NCBI GenBank assembly: GCA_038064195.1
Contig: JBBTTO010000002.1
Span: 333,356-397,355 of the forward strand
DNA length: 64,000 nucleotides
Source of the DNA: Patescibacteria group bacterium
Lineage (GTDB): Bacteria > Patescibacteriota > Microgenomatia > Levybacterales > UBA12049
Direction of reading: 5' to 3'
Shown here piece by piece: positions 56,996 through 64,000 of this stretch (the first letter of the stretch is position 1; each line of letters starts with the position of its first letter). A program made the position numbers and the translations under genes. The notes under the pieces are model-generated. The model was not told the DNA's origin, ran no database searches, and was given only the letters and a program-made list of their open reading frames with translations.

Positions 56996-58549
56996 ATGGC
57001 ATTAAACATCAGATCATTTTTAGGAAAAAAAGAAAATCTTATCCTCTTGGGTATACTTGTTTTGGCTGCATTCCTGAGGCTTTACAGGATTGCAGATTAT
57101 ATGACATTCCTTGGAGACGAGGGACGAGACGTGCTGACGGTAAAGCATATTTTGGACGGACAATTTACCCTTCTTGGCCCCAGGTCATCTGCTGCAGATT
57201 TTTATTACGGACCGATCTATTTTTATATGATCGCACCATTTCTTTTTCTTTTTCACTATGACCCGGTCGGACCGGCAGTCTTTATCGGCATCCTCGGAGT
57301 CATAACCGTATTTCTCCTGTATAAAATAGGCAAAGAGTTTTTCGGCTCCATAGCCGGGTTGGTGGCGGCCGCTTTGTATGCCATATCGCCTGTCATCATT
57401 ACGTATTCCCACTCATCATGGAATCCTAATCCACTTCCCTTTGTGTCACTTTTGATGCTCTATACACTCTATCACGGTCTGAAAAAACCACACTGGTCGC
57501 GATTTGGCTTGGTAGGCTTTCTTTTAGGTATTGCCCTCCAACTGCAGTATATAGCGCTTTTTCTGGTAATAATTGTCGGGGTCTATACGACTATCGGGAC
57601 TTTTTTGGAAGAGAAGAAAGGTGCTTTTCTAAAGCTGTTAAAACGATTCAGTGCAGTGGCGGCAGGTTTTCTCGTCGGTTTTTCGCCCTTTTTGGCATTT
57701 GAATTTCATCATGGCTTCCCCAATACTAAGACGATCATCAATTTTATGCTTGGTAAGTATACGCCAGTTGATGCCCCTCCTGTCTCAGCCCTCGGACAGG
57801 TCATCGAAGTATTTTTCAAACTGTTCGGTAGACTTATTACCCGCTTTCCCGAAGAAAATAGTATTCATATCTTTGAAAAGCCGGACCTGATGATATGGTA
57901 TATTTCGACGCTGGTATTGGGGCTTACCACCTCCATTCTCCTCTTTAAAATTAAAGACAGACTTGTCAAAATCCTCTTCCTTTGCTGGTTAATCTTAGGT
58001 GTGGGACTGTTCTTCCTCTATAAAAAAGAAATTTTTGATTATTACCTGGGATTTATGTTCCCGTTGCCGTTTCTTATTATCGGGAATAGCGTCGGTCTGT
58101 TAATTCGTGATAAAAAAGATTCTCTGCTCAGAACAGTGAGCATAGCTATTATTATCTGTCTGATATTTATGAATCTGGGAGGGTGGCCTTTCCGCAATCC
58201 GGCCAACAGACAAAAACTGCAGGCCCAGACAATTGCCGAGTTTGTTTTGCAAAAAGCAGAGGGGAAGCCGTTTAATTTCGCTCTCATAACTCCGGGTAAT
58301 TCAGATCATGCGTATCGTTATTTCTTTGAAGTAGAGGGTAATCCGCCGGTGACTATTCAAAACCCAGCTATCGATCCGGAGCGAAAAACCGTCACAGGGC
58401 AACTCCTCGTTGTCTGCGAAGAAGTAAACTGTCATCCTTTGGGTCATCCGCTTTTTGAGGTGGCGTCTTTCGGGCAGGCCGATATAGTCGGGGAGTGGAA
58501 TGTCTCTGTAGTTAAGGTTTTTAAATTGATCCCCTATAAAGGACACTAG
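56996..58549 (+). CDS. GT-C (ArnT/PMT_2, GT39-like) membrane glycosyltransferase
   Basis: FLRLYRI...FLGDEGRD, multi-TM, SWNPN. Confidence 0.85.
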   Translation: MALNIRSFLGKKENLILLGILVLAAFLRLYRIADYMTFLGDEGRDVLTVKHILDGQFTLLGPRSSAADFYYGPIYFYMIAPFLFLFHYDPVGPAVFIGILGVITVFLLYKIGKEFFGSIAGLVAAALYAISPVIITYSHSSWNPNPLPFVSLLMLYTLYHGLKKPHWSRFGLVGFLLGIALQLQYIALFLVIIVGVYTTIGTFLEEKKGAFLKLLKRFSAVAAGFLVGFSPFLAFEFHHGFPNTKTIINFMLGKYTPVDAPPVSALGQVIEVFFKLFGRLITRFPEENSIHIFEKPDLMIWYISTLVLGLTTSILLFKIKDRLVKILFLCWLILGVGLFFLYKKEIFDYYLGFMFPLPFLIIGNSVGLLIRDKKDSLLRTVSIAIIICLIFMNLGGWPFRNPANRQKLQAQTIAEFVLQKAEGKPFNFALITPGNSDHAYRYFFEVEGNPPVTIQNPAIDPERKTVTGQLLVVCEEVNCHPLGHPLFEVASFGQADIVGEWNVSVVKVFKLIPYKGH

Positions 58550-58626
58550 CCCCGAGTTGCTTTTAGAGGGGAGTCGGGATGAGAGTTGTCACAACTCGGG
58601 TATAAAGATCCTATTGTGAATAGACT

Positions 58627-58857
58627 ATGAAAATACCGTTTTTTCCACCTAAGACCATTGAAAAAATGCGAATGCTTGGCATATCAGAATCGCAAATTGT
58701 GGATGTTTTTAATACCGGTGATTACAAGACAAGTGAAAACGGGAGTAAAATGGCGATCAAAAAAGTAGGTAATCTTGAATTAGGTTGTTTCTATGATCAA
58801 AATAGCAGAACCGGTGAATATATCATAACTGGTGTTTGGAAGAGAGACAGATTTTAA
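58627..58857 (+). CDS. Small hypothetical protein, DUF4258-like
   Basis: EKMRMLGISESQI...G...YIITGVW resembles the DUF4258 layout. Confidence 0.55.
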   Translation: MKIPFFPPKTIEKMRMLGISESQIVDVFNTGDYKTSENGSKMAIKKVGNLELGCFYDQNSRTGEYIITGVWKRDRF

Positions 58858-58865
58858 ATTTGATT

Positions 58866-58910
58866 TTGGATATTAGATCGTAGATCTTGGAAGTTAGGTC
58901 TAGGATTTAG
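58866..58910. repeat. Degenerate 7-mer array (ttagatc/ttaggtc-type)
   Basis: ttggata|ttagatc|gtagatc|ttggaag|ttaggtc. Confidence 0.65.
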
Positions 58911-58927
58911 ATTTATTTATTAATACT

Positions 58928-59458
58928 ATGAAAGTAGCGATTGGTTCAAAAAATCCGGTTAAAATTGAGGCAGTAAAAGAGGCCTTTGGCAAGGTCTGGC
59001 CGGATCAGGATTTTGAGTTCATAGGGATTGAAGTGCCATCGGGTGTGCCGGATCAACCCATGAGTGATGAGGAAAGCATCAAGGGTGCGACGACGCGTGC
59101 AAATAATGCCCTCGATCGTTTGAATGCAGATTTTGGGATAGGGCTTGAGGGGGGTCTGCAGAAAATCGGTGAAAGGTGGTTTGATTGTGGATGGATTGTC
59201 GTAATAAATAATGAAGGCGGGGTAGGAGTTGGCTCGTCTTTGCGTTTGGAAGCACCAGTCAAGATGATGGAGCTTATCAATCAGGGGATGGAGCTGGGGA
59301 AGGTTAATGATATTCTCTTTAAAAAGGAAAATTCCAAACACAGTCAAGGCCATTTTGGACTCATGACTAACAATGCCGTGACTCGAAAAGAAGGTTATCG
59401 GGACGGTATCATCGCGGCCCTTGCTGCCTTCATTTATCCTGAATTGTTTGAAGAATAA
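58928..59458 (+). CDS. yjjX: Inosine/xanthosine triphosphatase (DUF84)
   Basis: GSKNPVKI, SGVPDQP, GATTRA, GLEGG. Confidence 0.92.
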   Translation: MKVAIGSKNPVKIEAVKEAFGKVWPDQDFEFIGIEVPSGVPDQPMSDEESIKGATTRANNALDRLNADFGIGLEGGLQKIGERWFDCGWIVVINNEGGVGVGSSLRLEAPVKMMELINQGMELGKVNDILFKKENSKHSQGHFGLMTNNAVTRKEGYRDGIIAALAAFIYPELFEE

Positions 59459-60079
59459 TTAGACGTACAGGTCTGTGAGGATGTCGGTAACGCCTGGCTT
59501 GGGGCGTGCAGGAGCGTATTCACGACCATAGAGGATAAGCAGGTGGGGGAATTCAATCCACCACTCCTTGGGAACTATTTTCATTAAATCCTCTTCAATT
59601 TTTTCAGGTTTGTCCGAGTCACTCAGCCCTAAGCGGCCGACTGCTCTGATGACATGAGTATCAACGACAATGCCCTCAGACGTGTGAAAGGCATCGCCCA
59701 AAACAACATTGGCTGTTTTCCTGGCGACTCCCGGGAGATTATCTAATTCCTGCATAGTATTGGGAACTTCACCATTATGTTTGTCAACCATTTGTTGCGA
59801 AGCTGCCCTAATATTTTTTGCCTTGTTCCCGTGGAAGGTGACTTTTTTGATCAGAGCGTCGATATCTTCAACTGAGGCTTTGGCCATAGATTTGGCGTCG
59901 GGATAATGTTTGAAAAGCTCAGGGGTCACGGTGTTGACCAGCTTATCAGTACATTGTGCCGAAAGAATAGTGGCGATAAGCAGTTCAAAAGGATTTGAAA
60001 ATTCAAGAGCGGTACGAGGGTGAGGGTAGATTTGTTTGAGGCGATGGTAAATCTCTTTAACTTTCTCTTCTTTAGTCAT
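59459..60079 (-). CDS. nth: Endonuclease III lacking the C-terminal Fe-S motif
   Basis: LIATILSAQCTD, LPGVARKTANVV, VDTHV; ends YGREYAPARPKPG with no Cys cluster. Confidence 0.92.
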   Translation of the reverse strand: MTKEEKVKEIYHRLKQIYPHPRTALEFSNPFELLIATILSAQCTDKLVNTVTPELFKHYPDAKSMAKASVEDIDALIKKVTFHGNKAKNIRAASQQMVDKHNGEVPNTMQELDNLPGVARKTANVVLGDAFHTSEGIVVDTHVIRAVGRLGLSDSDKPEKIEEDLMKIVPKEWWIEFPHLLILYGREYAPARPKPGVTDILTDLYV

Positions 60080-60100
60080 AAAAGTATTATATCATTGTTC

Positions 60101-60451
60101 TTAAGCTGGGCTGAACTTATCAGGGAAAAGCCTTGCAAGTGTTCCATCATCTAGGAGTCTACAATACGTTAACCAAAGATCACCATATAAAGTTACTTCC
60201 TTGCCTTCATTAATAAGTCTGATTACTTCTCCTTCATAAACATACTTTAAATACCATTCTTCGCTCTTAGAGATATGTCTTTGTGCATCCTCATAACTTT
60301 CAACTGCAGCTCGAGCACCTGAGTATGGAACATAAACATATATCTGACCATTTTCATCTTGTTGAATTTCGGCGATAACATCTCCGTTCTTATCTCTAAC
60401 TTCCTCAAGTAGTTCATATTTATCAAAGGATATAAAAGACTCACATGTCAT
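60101..60451 (-). CDS. Hypothetical acidic protein
   Basis: 116-aa ORF with TGtTATAAT 7 nt upstream. Confidence 0.65.
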   Translation of the reverse strand: MTCESFISFDKYELLEEVRDKNGDVIAEIQQDENGQIYVYVPYSGARAAVESYEDAQRHISKSEEWYLKYVYEGEVIRLINEGKEVTLYGDLWLTYCRLLDDGTLARLFPDKFSPA

Positions 60452-60541
60452 TTGTCGGATTATAACATTTGATAGGATCCCCTAATAGTCAGCTTATTAC
60501 GAGTGGTTTCACTCCTGCATATCACGTGTTACAATCGTCTG

Positions 60542-61084
60542 ATGGAATTATATTTTGTAACAGGTAATGAAGATAAGGTGAAAGATGTCGAAGCAGTCCT
60601 TGGATTTCCGATTAAATCAGTAAGGCTGAATCTGCCGGAAATTCAGTCATTGGATATAGAAGAAATCGTCAAAGCGAAAGTTCAGTCGGCATTTGAACTT
60701 GTAAAAAAACCAGTATTTGTAGACGACTCGGGATTTTATATCACTGCTTGGAATGGATTTCCGGGTCCATTTATAAAGTATATCCTTTCATCAGGAGGGA
60801 ATGATCTACTGCTAAGGATGATGGAGACAGAGGAGAACAGAGAGGTCATGGTAAACTCAGCAATCGGTTTTCATGACGGGGAGCAAGTGTATACGTTTGT
60901 AGGAGAAGCAAAGGGGGTACTTGTCGTTGAGTCTCGCGGAAAAAGTTGGGGTTGGGAGCCTATATTTCAGCCTCTCTATCAGAAGCAGACTTATGCTGAA
61001 ATGACAAGAGAATACAAAAATTCTATTTCCATGCGCCGAGTTGCTTTAGAAAAATTTAAAAGGCATCTTCAACTAGAGAGTTAA
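60542..61084 (+). CDS. rdgB: Ham1/RdgB non-canonical purine NTP pyrophosphatase
   Basis: FVTGNEDK, LPEIQ, DDSG, GFPGPFIK, GWEPIF, SMR (SHR variant); start at MELYF. Confidence 0.88.
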   Translation: MELYFVTGNEDKVKDVEAVLGFPIKSVRLNLPEIQSLDIEEIVKAKVQSAFELVKKPVFVDDSGFYITAWNGFPGPFIKYILSSGGNDLLLRMMETEENREVMVNSAIGFHDGEQVYTFVGEAKGVLVVESRGKSWGWEPIFQPLYQKQTYAEMTREYKNSISMRRVALEKFKRHLQLES

Positions 61085-61100
61085 AGACTTACTTGCTAGT

Positions 61101-61187
61101 ATGGATGTAATGACAGACATACAGTGGTTGATCGGTGGAGAGGCGGGATATGGCATAGTGACGACTGGCGTGATGATGCTTTTATGA
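61101..61187 (+). pseudogene. Truncated 5' relic of a 2-oxoacid:ferredoxin oxidoreductase alpha subunit
   Basis: Hand translation MDVMTDIQWLIGGEAGYGIVTTGVMMLL* matches the IGGEAGxGI..TG N-terminal motif, then stops before a terminator. Confidence 0.7.
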
Positions 61188-61190
61188 ACG

Positions 61191-61218
61191 AAAAACCCCC
61201 CGCAAGCGAGGGGTTTTC
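61191..61218. terminator. Bidirectional terminator between convergent genes
   Basis: gaaaaacccccc-gcaa-gcgagggttttc. Confidence 0.65.
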
Positions 61219-61268
61219 TGTATGTTTCTTGAAGGTTCTGAACGAATCTTCAAGAAGGAAACGTTAAG

Positions 61269-61415
61269 CTACTTAGCCTTACCAATTCTGTACATTCCTG
61301 TACCACAAACTGGACATTTTCCTTTCATAGCTGGTTTACCATTCTTCATAGTAACAGCTTGCGCATTTGGATCATCGCGCTTTGCTCGACATTTAACACA
61401 ATACATTGTTGCCAT
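61269..61415 (-). CDS. Small basic zinc-ribbon protein (DUF5679-like)
   Basis: MATMYCVKCR...MKNGKPAMKGKCPVCGTGMYRIG; strong SD ggaggtga. Confidence 0.85.
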   Translation of the reverse strand: MATMYCVKCRAKRDDPNAQAVTMKNGKPAMKGKCPVCGTGMYRIGKAK

Positions 61416-61429
61416 AGATAAAGTCACCT

Positions 61430-61466
61430 CCCTCCTTCGCCAAGGCTCCGGAAGGGCAAGCCCTTC
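61430..61466. repeat. Mini palindromic element in the leader of the zinc-ribbon gene
   Basis: cctccttcgccaaggctccggaagggcaagcccttc with ccttc/gaagg and gaagggc/gcccttc arms. Confidence 0.5.
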
Positions 61467-61528
61467 AACATAAACCTTACGAAACATAGTGAGTGATTAA
61501 AATCTGTCATAAATATATTATGCCTGAA

Positions 61529-61786
61529 CTACCTCATCAAAAAGGATAGCACAAGCTCGACAACAATAACAGCCGTGGTAATAAGCATGGTTTTGATGAG
61601 GTCATGACGGACAAAATGGTAGTCTTGAGTAAGGTTATGAGTGACTGATTTGGTCGGTACGACGGGCTGAGTAAAAGTCGGGAGAGTAAGGGGCAACGAT
61701 GGCGATGAGACAGCCTGAATAGTCAGATTCTGGCGTTTGAGTTCGGCTGCAATCTTCTGCGAGCGTGTTTTTCGCTTCTTTGCCAT
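61529..61786 (-). CDS. Hypothetical protein with basic N-terminus and C-terminal TM
   Basis: MAKKRKTRSQK...HDLIKT followed by a TM. Confidence 0.75.
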   Translation of the reverse strand: MAKKRKTRSQKIAAELKRQNLTIQAVSSPSLPLTLPTFTQPVVPTKSVTHNLTQDYHFVRHDLIKTMLITTAVIVVELVLSFLMR

Positions 61787-61844
61787 TATAGTAGCCTAGG
61801 TTACACTATTGACACTGAGGCTGTCAAGAGGCTAAGATGGCTCT

Positions 61845-62327
61845 ATGCAAGGACCGATTTTATGGGTCATTTCAGGAATTTCTCTTATTTGGCTCATTAT
61901 TTTAACATTTATCGTTATCACCTATAAGAGGCATTATGACTTGCTCATCAAGGATGCAACAAGTGAGTCGTTGACTTCCCTTCTTGACCGTGTCCTGGGT
62001 GATCTGCAAGTGACTAAAAAGGATATTGCAAGTCTTACGAGCCAATATGATAGAATTGAAAAAGAAGGTTCGTTGCATATTCAAAAGATAGGACTGGTGC
62101 GATTTAATCCCTTCAAAGATACGGGAGGAGATCAAAGCTTTATCCTATCTTTACTTGATGCTCATAATAACGGTATAGTGATTTCAGGCTTGTATTCACG
62201 ATCTGGCATGCGCTGGTACGCCAAACAGGTCGTAGACAGTAAGGGTGCTGAGCATGAACTTTCGGTTGAGGAGGTAAAAGCCATCCAGTCAGCCAAGGCT
62301 ATAGGAAGAGAGAATGGAAAACAATAA
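61845..62327 (+). CDS. DUF4446 family protein
   Basis: TM, QKIGLVRFNPFKDTGGDQSF, G.VISGLYSR, YAK, LS.EE. Confidence 0.85.
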   Translation: MQGPILWVISGISLIWLIILTFIVITYKRHYDLLIKDATSESLTSLLDRVLGDLQVTKKDIASLTSQYDRIEKEGSLHIQKIGLVRFNPFKDTGGDQSFILSLLDAHNNGIVISGLYSRSGMRWYAKQVVDSKGAEHELSVEEVKAIQSAKAIGRENGKQ

Positions 62328-63486
62328 ACTGCTCATCATACTTGCCGCTGCCGGTCTGTATCTCCTGTCGGCAGGTATCTCCTACTTCGCCTTCTCTCAT
62401 GTCTCAGGGAGAAGCACCTCAACTGCAACTATTCCGACAACATCAAATAACGGCTATGACGCACTCGAATTTGACCAGACTGCGCCAAAGACTGAGGAGT
62501 GTCCGCTTAACGGCGCCATGTATTCTAAGGCGCAGCGCAGCTGGTGGGAGAAGCATCGTCCGCTGGCTGTCATGGTTGAAAACTCGACAGACTCACGTCC
62601 GCAGTCCGGTATCTCTTTTGCTGACGTCGTCTATGAAGCCATAGCTGAAGGCGGTATCACACGGACCATGAATGTCTATTATTGTCAGGATGCAGGTATC
62701 ATCGGCCCTGTCAGGTCGGCTCGTACGTATTTTCTGGATTACCTTTCAGAATACGGTTCCTTTCCACTTTATGCTCATGTCGGTGGTGCCAATACTCCAG
62801 GGCCTGCGAATGCTTTAGGTCAGATTGATGACTACGGCTGGTCTTCATACAATGATCTCAATCAATTCTCAATCGGCTTCCCGACCTTTAAACGCGATGA
62901 AAGCCGGTTGGGCCGGGCTGTGGCTACAGAGCACACAATGTATTCAACAAGCGGAGGCTTATGGAAAGTGGGTGCTGGACGCGGTCTTACTAACAAGGAC
63001 AAAGACGGGGATAGTTGGGATGATGACTTTGTTAAATATACTTTCTCAGATGACGCGGGGGTATCTGGCCGCGGAACAATCCAGAAGGTTACCGTTATTT
63101 TTTGGGACGGCCAGCCTGATTATGTCGTGACATGGAACTATGACAAAGCAACCAATACCTATCTCAGGCTAAACGGCGGGAAAGCACACCTGGACAATAA
63201 TACCAAGAAGCAGCTGGCTCCTAAAAATATTGTCGTTCTCTATGAAAAAGAGAGCAGAGCCAACGACGGCTATGAGGGGAACCTTCATGAACTCTTCGGT
63301 ACTAAAGGAACAGGGACTGCTCTCGTCTTCCAGAACGGTCAGGAAATACAGGCGACCTGGAAGAAAGCCGGTCGTGAGGCGCGAACTGAGCTAATCGATC
63401 GGAAAACAGGTAAAGAGATCTCCTTTGTTCGGGGACAGATCTGGTTTCAGATCGTTCCGACATATAGCGACGTTGTTGTTCAATAA
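62314..63486 (+). CDS. DUF3048 (YerB-like) exported protein
   Basis: RPLAVMVEN...RPQSG...AD.VYE...EGGITR, GPVRSAR. Confidence 0.88.
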   Translation: MENNKLLIILAAAGLYLLSAGISYFAFSHVSGRSTSTATIPTTSNNGYDALEFDQTAPKTEECPLNGAMYSKAQRSWWEKHRPLAVMVENSTDSRPQSGISFADVVYEAIAEGGITRTMNVYYCQDAGIIGPVRSARTYFLDYLSEYGSFPLYAHVGGANTPGPANALGQIDDYGWSSYNDLNQFSIGFPTFKRDESRLGRAVATEHTMYSTSGGLWKVGAGRGLTNKDKDGDSWDDDFVKYTFSDDAGVSGRGTIQKVTVIFWDGQPDYVVTWNYDKATNTYLRLNGGKAHLDNNTKKQLAPKNIVVLYEKESRANDGYEGNLHELFGTKGTGTALVFQNGQEIQATWKKAGREARTELIDRKTGKEISFVRGQIWFQIVPTYSDVVVQ

Positions 63487-63579
63487 GAGTAGGTATTGTA
63501 TACAGAATAGAGTTTACTCGTTGCAACAAGAGCACTTTTCCTATATAGTATAGCCACTGCTTCAAGCTATTTCTGACGT

Positions 63580-63999
63580 ATGTTGTCTGATCTTATTACA
63601 TCTAAATCCCGCGTCACACTTCTTAAAGTTTTTTTGGCTACCCCGTATGAAATGTATCATGTCAGAGAGTGTGTCCGTCGCACGGGGGATGAAATCAATG
63701 CCGTAAGACGTGAGCTGCTTTTTTTGGAAAAGCACGGTATCCTTCAGAAAGAGCAACGGGCCAACAGGGTATATTATTCTCTTGACAAAGAATATCCATT
63801 TTATTTTGACCTCTTAAATATCGGTATCAAGATCATAGGTCTTGGCGATGAAGTCTTGAAGAATCGTCCAAAACTCGGCAAAATAAAGTATGCTATGTTC
63901 TCAACAAAGTTTGTGAGGAAAATTAAGAAAAACCCTGACGATGTGGATTTCATGGTCATCGGAACGGTAGTTTTGCCTGAGTTGGCAGCACTTGTCAGG
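63580..63999 (+). CDS. Winged-helix protein with a degenerate nucleotidyltransferase-like domain, 3'-truncated by the window; not in the ORF track
   Basis: Hand translation MLSDLITSKSRVTLLKVF...YHVRECVR...INAVRREL...ANRVYY...DDVDFMVIG, open to the window end. Confidence 0.8.
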   Translation, partial: MLSDLITSKSRVTLLKVFLATPYEMYHVRECVRRTGDEINAVRRELLFLEKHGILQKEQRANRVYYSLDKEYPFYFDLLNIGIKIIGLGDEVLKNRPKLGKIKYAMFSTKFVRKIKKNPDDVDFMVIGTVVLPELAALVR

Positions 64000-64000
64000 A

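Noticed and set aside
63562-63756. 64-aa minus-strand ORF
   Set aside because: Shadow of the plus-strand wHTH gene starting at 63580.

Overview
Gene-dense chromosomal window, mostly housekeeping. It most likely comes from a Patescibacteria/CPR (Microgenomates-like) bacterium using genetic code 11; this is inferred from gene content, many Pro/Thr-linker membrane proteins and apparently leaderless genes. Core genes: 3' part of rpoC, rpsL-rpsG, glnA, argA/argE-like pair, lepA, greA, groES-groEL, murJ, rpsT, serS, secA, prfB, ftsEX and tsaE-tsaC-tsaB. Also present: a MacAB-like ABC exporter, a P-type ATPase, DNA-repair and nucleotide-sanitising genes, tkt, and a nucleotide-sugar/glycosyltransferase cluster. 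I recognised no rRNA, tRNA, CRISPR array or transposase. Highlights: (1) a T-box riboswitch with an apparently ultra-short Stem I and a candidate Arg (CGG) specifier upstream of argA/argE-like genes; (2) a four-helix-bundle gene bracketed by inverted arrays of a degenerate 9-mer, with the same 9-mer array in frame inside secA and many gene-less 6/7-mer arrays in intergenic regions, suggesting an undescribed repeat-generating or mobile system; (3) small palindromic elements inserted in frame in tkt and ftsE, one nested inside another; (4) an RpoD-like sigma factor fused to a LuxR HTH, with an in-frame TGA near its probable start; (5) an Fe-S-less endonuclease III near a 28-codon relic of a 2-oxoacid:ferredoxin oxidoreductase. 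All calls are by eye from motifs; no database searches were run.
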